The notes: generated by a model not told the origin, from the sequence alone. Shown: positions 26,728-36,724, numbered from the stretch's first letter. The stretch is DNA of 64,000 nucleotides from an uncultured Thermodesulfobacteriota bacterium (GCA_964478545.1 CAYZIS010000009.1:2070-66069); one strand, 5' to 3'. Numbers and translations are program-made.

Positions 26728-28012
26728 GACAGGTTTCCTTCATCACAAAGGTACAAAGCAGGCAGATGAGAGAAGAAACAGCGAGGATCAGCAACAGTTT
26801 GGAATAGGCCTCCAGCGCATAGCCACCGGCTGCGGTTTTAGGATAGGCATCCAGCACTTTTCCCAGCAGCGGCATAAAGACGGCACCGCCCAAAAAGGGG
26901 AAAAGGTTCACCGTCCCCACGGACGTGCCGGTAATGGCAGCCGGAAAAAGCTCCTTGGTGGTAGTAAAACCGATAACCACCACTGCCGATGAGCAGAAGG
27001 AAAAAAGGAAAAATATCACGTAGAGTGCTACTCGGGGCAGACCAACCGGATAGATGAAGAGAATGAAGAATTCAACCGTTAAAACGGCCATGCAGGCCAT
27101 CAATACCTTTTTACGACTGTGGATGATCCGCTCTGAAAGAAAGCCCAACAGGGGGCTGCCAAAAATCATTCCCCAGGCAATCATGCTGAGAATAGCTCCG
27201 GACTCTGAGCGATTTAGGCCATAGACATCCATCAGGTAAGGACCGCTCCACAAAGCACCAAAACCGAAAAAAATACCACAGTCAAAGAAAAACCAGATAG
27301 CTACCGGCCAGAAATATTTCTCTGTCACCACCTGTCTGGCACCTTCCCACAAACCTATTTCTGCCGTTACCGGGGCCGTTCCCTCTCCCCGCTGATCAAT
27401 TTCTGCCAGAGATGGCCAGCCACGATCAGCAGGACGATCACGGACAATCAGCCAAACCAGAAGGACAAGGAAAAAGGTTAATATCCCGATCAATTCAAAG
27501 GAAATCCGCCAACCCAGATGACCGGTCATCAAGGCCAGAAACCAGGTGGCCGCCATCACCCCGATGCCGCCAACAGCATTGAGAATCCCGGCCATAATTG
27601 CAAATTCCCGGGTTCGAAACCACTGGGAAAGAATTTTCATGGTGGGGATGAAAACCATGGATACCCCAAAGCCCACCATAACCCGACCGATAAAAGCTAT
27701 TTTGATCGTTGGGGCAAAGCCGAACAGGAGGCTGCCGACTGCCGCCAACAGCAGAAAAGAAGTAACGGTCTTGCGTGGTCCCAGGGAGTCGGAAAGTAAG
27801 CCTGCGGGAAACTGCATGACCGCATAGCAATAAAAATAAATTGACCCTAACAGGCCCATAACCCCAGCACTGGCGTGAAAATCCTGTATTAAGTCATTGG
27901 CGACCACGGATAGGGAAAGACGGTGGAAATAGACAAAAAAATAAGCCAATGCCAGAACCAGGAAAATAAACCAGCGAAAGCTAAGAACCTTTTTCCCCGG
28001 TGATAGAGCCAT
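26720..28012 (-). CDS. MFS transporter (12 TM)
   Basis: 430 aa. Typical MFS motifs (GxLaDrxGrR-like FIGRVMVGFG) and 12 predicted helices. Confidence 0.8.
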   Translation of the reverse strand: MALSPGKKVLSFRWFIFLVLALAYFFVYFHRLSLSVVANDLIQDFHASAGVMGLLGSIYFYCYAVMQFPAGLLSDSLGPRKTVTSFLLLAAVGSLLFGFAPTIKIAFIGRVMVGFGVSMVFIPTMKILSQWFRTREFAIMAGILNAVGGIGVMAATWFLALMTGHLGWRISFELIGILTFFLVLLVWLIVRDRPADRGWPSLAEIDQRGEGTAPVTAEIGLWEGARQVVTEKYFWPVAIWFFFDCGIFFGFGALWSGPYLMDVYGLNRSESGAILSMIAWGMIFGSPLLGFLSERIIHSRKKVLMACMAVLTVEFFILFIYPVGLPRVALYVIFFLFSFCSSAVVVIGFTTTKELFPAAITGTSVGTVNLFPFLGGAVFMPLLGKVLDAYPKTAAGGYALEAYSKLLLILAVSSLICLLCTFVMKETCRS

Positions 28013-28026
28013 TTTTTACCTCAAGT

Positions 28027-28428
28027 TTACCCAGACATTACTTTGACGTAATATGTCCTTTTACGTGGACCATCAAACTCAGCGAAATAAACATCCTGCC
28101 AGGTTCCCAACACCAACCGACCGTCCTGAACCAGCAGGGTTTCAGCAAAACTAAGCAGGCTGGCCTTCAAGTGAGCATCTGAATTTCCTTCCAAGTGATG
28201 ATAATCACCTCGTTGGGGAATCAAGCTGGCAAGTTTGGTCAGGATATCCCGTTTGACGCTGGGATCAGCATTCTCATTGATGGTTACTGCGGCAGTGGTA
28301 TGGGGCACAAATACCACACAAAGACCATCATTAATTCCTGATTCCTTCAGGTCAGCCGAAATAGTCCCAGTTATATCTAGCAATTCATTTCGCGATTGCG
28401 TCTGGATTTCATGGTGATATAAAGGCAT
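28027..28428 (-). CDS. yjbQ: YjbQ/UPF0047 family protein (secondary thiamine-phosphate synthase-like)
   Basis: TGTISADL...GLCVVFVPHTTAAVTINENADPSV...HLKASLLS family motifs. Length 133 aa. Confidence 0.7.
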   Translation of the reverse strand: MPLYHHEIQTQSRNELLDITGTISADLKESGINDGLCVVFVPHTTAAVTINENADPSVKRDILTKLASLIPQRGDYHHLEGNSDAHLKASLLSFAETLLVQDGRLVLGTWQDVYFAEFDGPRKRTYYVKVMSG

Positions 28429-28621
28429 ACTCTTCTCCTCTGATGGCAGGCTGGATGCATGGACATAGAAGTAAACCCTTATGAGGTTATCACAAAAATG
28501 TCAAGCAGCAGATTGAATCATAACTTTCAGCCAACAAAAAAGCGGATGACTTATGGCTATGAAGCCACCCATCACCCGCTGTCATGACATAAATATGGTG
28601 GATTTCAGGTTAAATCAGATA

Positions 28622-29053
28622 TTACAATACAGCCTCAATCTGCTTGACAAATGGCTCAACCGCAGCTTTCAGCTTGGCCATTATCGGCGTCTGTTTGATT
28701 TTTAATCCATCAACAACCATGTTCATCTGGAGAAGATTTCTCATCGTATCTTCCAAAATCCCCAAAGACTCGCCGCTCCAGCCGAAAGAAGCGAAAGCCG
28801 CTCCCGGTTTTCCTTCAAGCTTGGCATCCGCAACCTTGAGTAAAAAGGTTTTCATCGGACCGATAAGATCTTTATGGTAGGTCGGCCCTCCCAACATCAA
28901 AAAATCAGCCGCTTCCATATCCGCTACCGTGACCTGGGCCGGTTTAGACACCGTAACCTGATGACCACTTCCTGTCAGCATTTGTCCGGCAAGATCAGCT
29001 ATCTTCTTAGTCCCGCCACGCAGGGAATCATAGACAATCAGAACTTTAGCCAT
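28622..29053 (-). CDS. Flavodoxin
   Basis: MAKVLIVYDSLRGGTKKIA is a flavodoxin FMN-phosphate loop. Length 143 aa. Confidence 0.8.
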   Translation of the reverse strand: MAKVLIVYDSLRGGTKKIADLAGQMLTGSGHQVTVSKPAQVTVADMEAADFLMLGGPTYHKDLIGPMKTFLLKVADAKLEGKPGAAFASFGWSGESLGILEDTMRNLLQMNMVVDGLKIKQTPIMAKLKAAVEPFVKQIEAVL

Positions 29054-29079
29054 GGTTAAGACTCCTTACTGATTCGCAA

Positions 29080-29244
29080 TTAATCTTCTATCGGGCTGAA
29101 ACTATCCTTATCCGCCCCACACAACGGGCAGGTCCAATCATCAGGAAGGTCGGCAAACTTTGTCCCAGCATCAAAGCCATTATCAGGGTCACCAACTTCA
29201 GGATCATAAATATAGCCACATACTTCACAGACATACTTTTCCAT
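29080..29244 (-). CDS. rub: Rubredoxin (54 aa; below the 60-aa cutoff of the ORF track)
   Basis: Translation reads [54 protein letters not shown], with two CxxCG knuckles. Confidence 0.85.
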   Translation of the reverse strand: MEKYVCEVCGYIYDPEVGDPDNGFDAGTKFADLPDDWTCPLCGADKDSFSPIED

Positions 29245-29300
29245 TTTTCATCTCCTTGTTTTTTTACCTATTTATTACAGGTTAAACACCTGCAGAAATC

Positions 29301-29591
29301 CTATTCAACAACTTTCACTACCAGGTGCTGTTTCAAATAATTCAGGACAATCAGCTGATCGACCTTGGACAGTTCTCCCTCGGCATGCTCGCCCATTCTG
29401 GTGACAATTTCTTCCCATTCGGATGCCGTTCGGTGATGTTCAAGAATGACATCCACCTCATGACAGGCCACGCATTTTTTATCCAGAACCGTTTCTTCCT
29501 GGGCCAAGGCAGGAAATACCGGCAATAATCCACCAATTAACAATCCTGTCACGATCAGGGGAACAAATATTTTTGCGATTATTTTAGGCAT
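29301..29591 (-). CDS. Monohaem c-type cytochrome with a signal peptide (the start MPKIIAKIF is internal to the track ORF)
   Basis: Signal-anchor LIVTGLLIGGLLPVFPALA, then CVACHE (CxxCH). The mature protein is about 70 aa. Confidence 0.5.
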   Translation of the reverse strand: MPKIIAKIFVPLIVTGLLIGGLLPVFPALAQEETVLDKKCVACHEVDVILEHHRTASEWEEIVTRMGEHAEGELSKVDQLIVLNYLKQHLVVKVVE

Positions 29592-30072
29592 CCCAAGTCC
29601 ACATTCCCTTATTGTTAATATCATAAAACTGGTCTTGAAGAATCCTGGCATGATCCGCCTCTTCACTGGCCAGACGATTGAACATGGCCATTCCTTGAGG
29701 ATCATCGACTTCCGCTGCCAGCTTTTTATAAGCCTCACCGGCATTTTTCTCATTTTTGATTGCCAAACTCAAAATTTCGGAAACCTTTGTTTTTTCATCA
29801 GCGGAAACCTCTAAGATCGCCCCTTCAAGAGGAATCGGCTTAAAGGAAGTTCCGTCATAGGAGATAAAGCAACCCTCACCGGATAAAGTCTGTTTCAGCT
29901 CAGTCAGGATATCATAATGACCCTGTTCAAACTCACTCAACTGCAGAAACATTTGTTTACCTTTGGCTCCGCTGACTTTTTTTGCGGCATCGGCATAAAA
30001 CCGGCTGGCCGTCTGTTCAGCATCCATTGCCAAATCAATGGCATCCATAACCGTCTTGTTGCATTCCACCAT
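29584..30072 (-). CDS. Rubrerythrin/ferritin-like diiron four-helix-bundle protein (no rubredoxin-like tail)
   Basis: E...ExxH pairs (EQTASRFY, EFEQGHYD, NEKNAGEAY, EEADHARI). Length 162 aa. Confidence 0.6.
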   Translation of the reverse strand: MVECNKTVMDAIDLAMDAEQTASRFYADAAKKVSGAKGKQMFLQLSEFEQGHYDILTELKQTLSGEGCFISYDGTSFKPIPLEGAILEVSADEKTKVSEILSLAIKNEKNAGEAYKKLAAEVDDPQGMAMFNRLASEEADHARILQDQFYDINNKGMWTWDA

Positions 30073-30092
30073 GATCTTGTTTCCTTCCGCCG

Positions 30093-30242
30093 TTATTTAC
30101 TGGAACAGCTGCAACCACAACCGGCTGACTCTGATTCTTCCTTCTTCGCAAAAGAACCCGCTTCACTGCATTCGGGACACTTCCAAAGTTTACAACGACC
30201 TTCTTTTTCATAACCACATTTTTCACATTTCCATATCGCCAT
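30093..30242 (-). CDS. Small Cys-rich zinc-ribbon-like protein (49 aa), not in the ORF track
   Basis: MAIWKCEKCGYEKEGRCKLWKCPECSEAGSFAKKEESESAGCGCSCSSK has CxxC...CxxC plus a CGCSCSS tail. Coding status is uncertain. Confidence 0.3.
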   Translation of the reverse strand: MAIWKCEKCGYEKEGRCKLWKCPECSEAGSFAKKEESESAGCGCSCSSK

Positions 30243-30552
30243 TTTTTCCTCCTGTCCACAATTAAATGTACCTATCCAGTACCAGAATCACTCTCTTTTG
30301 CAGCTCAATAGTGAAAATATTTATACTGCATCTATTGAAGAATAAACATAATCTATTTAGTTTATTTTGCAAGCTTTTTTTAAGCTCCGAGAAATTTTCT
30401 CAAAAAATTATGGCTGTCTTGAAAAATTAGAATTTTTGTTTGAGTACAAGGCAGGAGAACATTATAACTGCAGGAATATATTTCATATTTTGAGGATTAT
30501 AATGTGAGCCTAACGCCGTAATCGAGCAAAAAGTCCATTTCACAAGGTAGTA

Positions 30553-32046
30553 TTATTTTTTAACTTGGCCAATAGCCAGCAGATAAAGGAGACTGGCCTG
30601 ATCCGGCATCCCGATAAGCTCGATTGCTTCCCGGTCATAAAAAGCGCCGATGCCGCAGCAACCCAATCCCAAAGCCGTGGCCCCCAGGTAAAGACGCTGC
30701 CCCAGGCGGCCGGCGGCCAGCATAACCTCACGATACCCCCGGGATCCGGCACAATTTTCAATCTCCACCAGATCGGCAAAAAGGATGACATGGATGGCCG
30801 CCTGTGCCAGCCAGCGCTGGTCCAGACAGGCATGGGACATATGGCCAAGAAAATTCCCGGCAGTCACCAGCGCCAGGGACCGGGTATCTGATTTTACAGC
30901 ATAAAAACCCGGCTCCATTTCAGCAACGTTGTCCACCAACAGGCCACAGGATAACCCTTTGGCAGCGAGAGAACATGATTCAAACCCCTCGTTCACCAAA
31001 GAAATGATTAAGCTCAAGCTGGCTGCTGACATGGGCTCACGGATGATAAAATTGCGTTTTGAGCGCCGATGGAGCAAAACTTCAGGATAACGGTAGACTT
31101 CGTTCGCCGGCACTGGAGGTGGGGGGATGGACTTCCAGGAATTTTCATCAATCAACCCGTACCTGAGCCAATCACCGACCCGACACTCCTGGTGAGGCAC
31201 AACCTTTGTCGATGCCTGATGGATATTCCTGACCGCATCATACATCTTTTCCCGGGTCGCCACCCGACTAGAGCAGGGCAACTCTCCAGCCGATTCCAAC
31301 GGATCAACGGTTTCAACGCCCACAGGATTACAGAGAGGAACCTTAACCAGCGCCAGGCAGCCTTCACGCAGGGGATCAAACCCCAGCATTTCATTAACCT
31401 GGTAATCATCAAAATCGATATTCAATTCATAAACAGAAGAGAAGGCCCCCAAGGCAAGGAGCAGGTTTTCCAGCAAATGGCCGCTATCCAGCAGATGATA
31501 ACGGTACGCCCGGTCCCGATATTTCCAGGTACTGCGAAAAAAGATGGCACTGACCAGAAAGGTCAGCATGGGCGTTCCCGAGGCTTTGTTGCCGCCGCCC
31601 AGTTCCAGCATCGGGTTTCCGGACCTCATCAAGACCAACGCCGGCTTGCTGACATCATAATGGTAAATCCCGGCAGCTAAGCCAGCGACACCAGGGCAGG
31701 TAACATATAGTTCACAGGGATACAGGGCCCCGGCTGAAGCAATACTGCGAAACCAGATTTCACTGTTGGCATGCTGAGCCCGGCCAGTCAGCATTTGCGT
31801 CAGCAACAGTAATTGTCCCAGAACTTCAAAGGAAAGGGAAAGATTTTGCGCCTGATTTTCCTGCTGCTGCAACAGCTTGAAGAATGATGACGGCTCTAAT
31901 TTCACCTCTAAAGGAATATCCAGCACCTTTTTGCCGGGATATTTTTTATAGACCACCGGCTCATGCTTCCAGTCAAGGGTATGAGGGGCCATCTTCAGAC
32001 GCTCATAGCTGCTGAGCTGTTGGTAATCAAAAGCTGAATATTTCAT
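30553..32046 (-). CDS. SagB/ThcOx-type dehydrogenase (tandem nitroreductase-fold domains)
   Basis: 497 aa. Two nitroreductase-like halves with an RSxR-type FMN-binding segment (RRSKRNF). Confidence 0.55.
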   Translation of the reverse strand: MKYSAFDYQQLSSYERLKMAPHTLDWKHEPVVYKKYPGKKVLDIPLEVKLEPSSFFKLLQQQENQAQNLSLSFEVLGQLLLLTQMLTGRAQHANSEIWFRSIASAGALYPCELYVTCPGVAGLAAGIYHYDVSKPALVLMRSGNPMLELGGGNKASGTPMLTFLVSAIFFRSTWKYRDRAYRYHLLDSGHLLENLLLALGAFSSVYELNIDFDDYQVNEMLGFDPLREGCLALVKVPLCNPVGVETVDPLESAGELPCSSRVATREKMYDAVRNIHQASTKVVPHQECRVGDWLRYGLIDENSWKSIPPPPVPANEVYRYPEVLLHRRSKRNFIIREPMSAASLSLIISLVNEGFESCSLAAKGLSCGLLVDNVAEMEPGFYAVKSDTRSLALVTAGNFLGHMSHACLDQRWLAQAAIHVILFADLVEIENCAGSRGYREVMLAAGRLGQRLYLGATALGLGCCGIGAFYDREAIELIGMPDQASLLYLLAIGQVKK

Positions 32047-32287
32047 GGAATATTAAAAAAATATTTAAGGCTGTTCAGTAACTATTTCCAAACTGTCTCG
32101 ATTGGGGTCAGTGCTTGATTACCGGCGGCAAGAAATCACCTTGAAACATCGGAATCCAGACCCACCGGTTGTCAAGCTTTGACCCCGTTGGAGAGAGCGA
32201 AGCAACGTTCGACAGTTTTCACGGTAAATTAGCTGCCAAAACAGCTACCTGAATGGTTACGAATATTTAAAATGTGACCCTCAATAC

Positions 32288-33133
32288 TTATAGATACTTA
32301 TGTAATGCTTCAACATTAACCCGCCGTTGGGAGAGAGGCGTTTGATCATCCCGATAAGCCACTATATTTTCCTCAAAGGTTTTCTTTTGATGCTGATAAA
32401 ATATTCCCAAGGGAAAGGGAAAGGCTTCCAACGCTTTCTGCAATGCCGCCTCCCGATTTCCCTGATCATGATCTTTCAACCAATAGGTATTTTTTTCGTA
32501 CCAGTCATAGGTGTTGATTTTATTGAAAGAAACGCAGGGCTGGAAGATATCGACAAAAGAAAATCCCCGGTGCAGTATCGCCTGGCGCAGAATTTCTTTC
32601 GTTTTATCCGCCTGGCCGCTGTAGGCCCGGGCCACAAATGAGGCATTCGAAGCAATGGCCAGGGCCAGGGGGTTCAAAGGTTCCTCAAAAACCCCTTCCG
32701 GCTGGGCCGGGGTTTTCATGCCAATCATAGTGGTCGGCGACGCCTGGCCTTTGGTCAAGCCATAGACCTGGTTGTTGTGCACCAGCAGGGTTATATCGGC
32801 ATTGCGTCGCAAACCATGGAGAAAGTGATTGCCACCCTCAGCATACATGTCACCATCTCCACCTTCGGCAATCACAGTCAAAGAAGGATTGGCACTTTTA
32901 ACTCCGGTGGCAATGGGAATCGCCCGGCCATGGAGGGTATGGAAACCGTTTGCCTGGATATAGTGGGGCATCTTGGCCGCCTGGCCGATACCACTGATCA
33001 GGGCCACGTCAACCGGATCAAGCTCCAGGTCAGCCAACACCTCCATCAGCACATTCCTGATGGCAAAGTTACCGCATCCCGGGCACCAGGATATATCTTT
33101 TGATCCAGGCCTGGTTGAAACGAATGTATTCAT
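32288..33133 (-). CDS. korB: 2-oxoacid:ferredoxin oxidoreductase beta subunit (TPP-binding)
   Basis: WCPGCGNF, a GDGD-type TPP motif (EGGDGDMYAEGGNH), and 281 aa. It is translationally coupled to the upstream alpha subunit. Confidence 0.8.
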   Translation of the reverse strand: MNTFVSTRPGSKDISWCPGCGNFAIRNVLMEVLADLELDPVDVALISGIGQAAKMPHYIQANGFHTLHGRAIPIATGVKSANPSLTVIAEGGDGDMYAEGGNHFLHGLRRNADITLLVHNNQVYGLTKGQASPTTMIGMKTPAQPEGVFEEPLNPLALAIASNASFVARAYSGQADKTKEILRQAILHRGFSFVDIFQPCVSFNKINTYDWYEKNTYWLKDHDQGNREAALQKALEAFPFPLGIFYQHQKKTFEENIVAYRDDQTPLSQRRVNVEALHKYL

Positions 33134-34809
33134 AGCGCCTCCAGTTTTTCCACAATTTCTTCCACGTAAAAATGACGACCATTGTACTTGAGCATCGATT
33201 CAAAATAATTGCCGGGAAAAAACTGCTGCAGCAGGCCGGCAAACTGGCCGGTCACATTTTCCTCGATGACAACGATTTTATCCGCTTTTTGAAAATATCG
33301 ATCAAGATCAGCTGGCAGAGGCCAGAGCTGGCTGAAGTGGAGCAGACCCAAATCGTCACGGCTGCTGAGCTCCACCGCCTCACGCGCGGTAGAATAGGTT
33401 GATCCCCAGCAAATCAGCAAGATTTTGTATTCCTTATGTCCGCAAAAGCCAGGTACCAGGCTTTCTCCGGCCAGCACCTCCATCTTTTTCATTCTTTTTT
33501 CCGGCATTCGCTGGCTGAGCTGCTCATCCTCGGTAGTATCGCCATATTCATCATGTTCGTTGCCGTTGGCAATGACGACCCCATCACCATGACCGGGAAT
33601 TCCCTGGGGAGAAACGCCGCCGGTCGTCAATTCATATCGCCGGTAATAACTCTCGGTTGCCACCACATGGTAGGTATTTTCACTACCATCAGCCTGCAGC
33701 CGGGGAAGGCAGGTGTAGGAATCAACAAAAAACTGGTCGGTGAGGATAAAAACAGGAACCTGGTACTTATCCGCCAGGTTGAAAGCTTTTTGAGTCAGGT
33801 GAAAGGCCTCTTCCAGGGTTCCGGGAGCAAAAATAACCCGGGGAAATTCTCCGTGCCCGGCATGGAGAACAAGATTCAGGTCGCCCTGCATGGTCCTGGT
33901 CGGTAATCCCGTTGCCGGCCCGGGGCGCTGCGCCAGATGCAAGACCATCGGCGTCTCTGACATCCCCGCCAGACTGATAGATTCTTCCATCAAGGCAAAT
34001 CCACCTCCTGAGGTGGTTACCATTGCCCTGGCACCGGCGTACCAGGCGCCGATAGAAGCCCCGGCAGCGGCAATTTCATCCTCATACTGCTCCACCACCA
34101 TGCCGAATTCACCGGCCCGCTGGGCCAAATAGATTGCAACACCGGTGGCCGGTGACATGGGATAGAAAGAAAGAAAGTTACAACCACCGGCCACGGCCCC
34201 CAAAGCGATGGCCTGGGAACCATTCATCAGGGAGCGCTCACCAGCATCCAAACATCGCTCAACCTCCAGGCCGTCAATTTTTTCTCCCTGGAAGTAACCG
34301 GCCTTCAAGGCCGCCTGGTTGGCGGCAAGCCGTTTTTCTCCCTTGTCGCCGAATAACGATGCGGTTTTTTCCGCCAGCAGACTGAAATCAAGCCGGAACA
34401 GGCCGGAAATCAAGCCGGAAACCACCATATTTATCGGCATGGGTTCGGCACCCTGAGGTTTGGATTCCAGGGCATACGTCCGATTGTTGTGCCACTTTGC
34501 ACCACGTTTATCCAGGATATCAGCAGGTCCAATGAGGATGGTTTCGGCAGTCAGTCGATTTTCAGCCCAGGCGAAGGCTTCGTTACTGAGGGAAATAAAC
34601 ACATCACTCTTTTTTCGGTAGCCATTCTTCTCCTGTCCGGCCACCCGGATGGTAACAATATTAACGCCACCCCGAATGCGCGACATAATATCCTTGGCGG
34701 CAAACAGGTGGAATCCCGCTTCTTTCAACACCGGCAACATCAGGGTTTCCAAGGTATTCAATCCCTGCCCAGCTTCCCCGCCAATGATCAGGTTCATATC
34801 CATCATCAT
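33130..34809 (-). CDS. korA: 2-oxoacid:ferredoxin oxidoreductase alpha subunit (fused gamma/alpha type)
   Basis: N-terminal IIGGEAGQGL (gamma-like domain) followed by a PFOR alpha domain. Length 559 aa. Confidence 0.8.
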   Translation of the reverse strand: MMMDMNLIIGGEAGQGLNTLETLMLPVLKEAGFHLFAAKDIMSRIRGGVNIVTIRVAGQEKNGYRKKSDVFISLSNEAFAWAENRLTAETILIGPADILDKRGAKWHNNRTYALESKPQGAEPMPINMVVSGLISGLFRLDFSLLAEKTASLFGDKGEKRLAANQAALKAGYFQGEKIDGLEVERCLDAGERSLMNGSQAIALGAVAGGCNFLSFYPMSPATGVAIYLAQRAGEFGMVVEQYEDEIAAAGASIGAWYAGARAMVTTSGGGFALMEESISLAGMSETPMVLHLAQRPGPATGLPTRTMQGDLNLVLHAGHGEFPRVIFAPGTLEEAFHLTQKAFNLADKYQVPVFILTDQFFVDSYTCLPRLQADGSENTYHVVATESYYRRYELTTGGVSPQGIPGHGDGVVIANGNEHDEYGDTTEDEQLSQRMPEKRMKKMEVLAGESLVPGFCGHKEYKILLICWGSTYSTAREAVELSSRDDLGLLHFSQLWPLPADLDRYFQKADKIVVIEENVTGQFAGLLQQFFPGNYFESMLKYNGRHFYVEEIVEKLEAL

Positions 34810-34873
34810 ATCTTATCCTCTCCACCTTGCTATTTTTGCAGCAACAGCAATCATTTTGATTTCACCAAATCCT

Positions 34874-35302
34874 CTACAAACCAAGCACATAGATCCAGAC
34901 CACCCCCAGGCCGTAAAAAATCTGGGCCACGGCCAGCAGCACCAACAGCAGGTTGTTTACCCCATGGACCAGGGGCAGCACCAACCGCCATTTTTTATAG
35001 CGATCCAGATAAATGCCACTCACCAGACCAATGATGATCAGTGGCAGCATCAGCACCGCTATCCTGGCATGCATGCCGGTTATAAAAGCCGCATGCCAGG
35101 TAAAACGGACCATAATGAAACCAGCAATCAGGCCCAGCAACCAGACAAGCAGTACCACTTCACCCAATCGCACGTGGCGTTTCCAGGCAAATGGCTGCCG
35201 TTGATGTCTATGCTGGCTTTGAAAACGGGCAATCCCAAGGCGCAAAACATAAAAAGAAAGGATGATAGCAGCCAGCTGCAGCAGAGGATGAAACCAGAGC
35301 AT
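34874..35302 (-). CDS. Small integral membrane protein of unknown function (4 TM)
   Basis: Hydrophobic helices. No recognisable motif. Confidence 0.3.
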   Translation of the reverse strand: MLWFHPLLQLAAIILSFYVLRLGIARFQSQHRHQRQPFAWKRHVRLGEVVLLVWLLGLIAGFIMVRFTWHAAFITGMHARIAVLMLPLIIIGLVSGIYLDRYKKWRLVLPLVHGVNNLLLVLLAVAQIFYGLGVVWIYVLGL

Positions 35303-35366
35303 AATCTATATTCCATACCAAAGATGACGGGGACAGGATACACCCTGTCCCCATTATAATCACTGT

Positions 35367-35846
35367 TTATTTAAACTCATGCAGTAAAATAAAGTCATTA
35401 CGTTCCCGGGCCGCGTGGCAACCAATGCACCCCTGAGGCTTACCAGCTTTATCCACTTTACCCGTGGGAGAATATTTCACCCAGAACCAATCTCCAGCGG
35501 CCGGGTTATAACCCTTCACCTTAACCATCGCTGTGATTGCCTTCAATTCCTTCTTTTTATTGAAATTATCTTTGACAATCATCGTACCATAAGCTGCCGG
35601 CGGTTTTGCCGATGACAACCCGGCTTGATTGACAAATACCTGGTGCAACATCCCATGAGGGGAATGTCCTTTTTGAATCCCCTGATGGTCAGGCCAATTC
35701 TGCCACTGATGATAGGGGGATGTTTTGGAAATGTAGGTCCAGATGGCCGCTGGATCAGCGGAGGGCATCTCCGCAAAACATATCCCGACACCAAACAGTA
35801 AAACCATTGAAACTACCACTACGATACCAAGTTTCTTTTTCATCAT
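35367..35846 (-). CDS. Periplasmic monohaem cytochrome, P460 / c-prime-beta-like
   Basis: Signal peptide, about 160 aa, and a single CIGCHA near the C-terminus as in the cytochrome P460 family. Confidence 0.45.
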   Translation of the reverse strand: MMKKKLGIVVVVSMVLLFGVGICFAEMPSADPAAIWTYISKTSPYHQWQNWPDHQGIQKGHSPHGMLHQVFVNQAGLSSAKPPAAYGTMIVKDNFNKKKELKAITAMVKVKGYNPAAGDWFWVKYSPTGKVDKAGKPQGCIGCHAARERNDFILLHEFK

Positions 35847-35893
35847 CTGCCTCCTCTATGGTTTGAAGTTTACCTGATAGCTGTCTTGAAAAA

Positions 35894-36724
35894 TCAGGAT
35901 AACTCATCCTTCATTTCCAGTAATCTTAGGGCTGTCTTTTCACCCAGGAAAACCAGGGATTCAATATCCAGGTAACAAAGCACCGTTGCATCAAACAAAA
36001 TTTTTACTTTTGCCGGAAAGCCATCATCACGATCCTCATCCCAGTAATAGAGCAGGAAAGGAATCTTTGGCAGGGGATGAAACACCGCATGAAACTCGGC
36101 ATTGGTTTCCATGGGCGGCGAGGATGCCCCCAACTTCAAAAGCACCTCATTCAACTCTTCCATTCGGCCGGTGAAGGCCGCGGCAATTTCATCTTCACAT
36201 CCTTCTTCGAAGGCTTTTTTCTTGGCCAGAGCTCCCGGCAGCTCACCCATGGCAACCCAATTTCCTTTCAACGGTTCCCGGCAGGCCTGGGCAATATAAT
36301 TGTATAACAGGACGTGCTCCCAGACATCATATTCGCAGCCATCAAGGGGAATAGCCTCATTCTTATTCACCGCGTATTGGTGTCCCAGGAGCGTAATCAC
36401 CAGTGATCCCTTACCCTCCTGCAGGAAAAACTCTGCCCCCAGAAAAGGAGCCAGCTCTCTCAAGTCATACTCCTGGATTTTGCTGATGACATGCTTTTTA
36501 GCGCTGACAAAATGTTCAGGAAATGCTGTTACCCCTCCTGCTTCCTGCTCTTTCAAGATCGCCTCCACCCGGGCCAGTTTCTGCGGTTCAAAATGTGGGC
36601 AGGATGACGGTGCCACCCCTTCCCGCAGCACGTGGGTGGCGAAAGCCATACAGGTGAGGTAGCCGCAATCACCGCAGTTGGTCCGCGGCAGCATTTTCAA
36701 AAGTTCTAAAATCTGTAGAGCCAT
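35894..36724 (-). CDS. DUF3786 protein with an N-terminal corrinoid-Fe-S-protein-like [4Fe-4S] domain
   Basis: LPRTNCGDCGYLTCMAFATHV matches the putative Fe-S cluster domain of CFeSP/AcsC N-termini. The probable start is MALQILELL. Confidence 0.5.
   Translation of the reverse strand: MALQILELLKMLPRTNCGDCGYLTCMAFATHVLREGVAPSSCPHFEPQKLARVEAILKEQEAGGVTAFPEHFVSAKKHVISKIQEYDLRELAPFLGAEFFLQEGKGSLVITLLGHQYAVNKNEAIPLDGCEYDVWEHVLLYNYIAQACREPLKGNWVAMGELPGALAKKKAFEEGCEDEIAAAFTGRMEELNEVLLKLGASSPPMETNAEFHAVFHPLPKIPFLLYYWDEDRDDGFPAKVKILFDATVLCYLDIESLVFLGEKTALRLLEMKDELS

Noticed and set aside
30565-31680. Several plus-strand ORFs (108-203 aa) overlapping the SagB-type dehydrogenase
   Set aside because: They are antisense shadows of a 497-aa gene with coherent domain structure. 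Their sequences are Arg/Pro/Gly-rich low complexity.
34489-35359. Plus-strand ORFs of 181 and 236 aa spanning the korA start and the small membrane-protein gene
   Set aside because: They overlap well-supported minus-strand genes. They have no motifs and the amino-acid composition is implausible.
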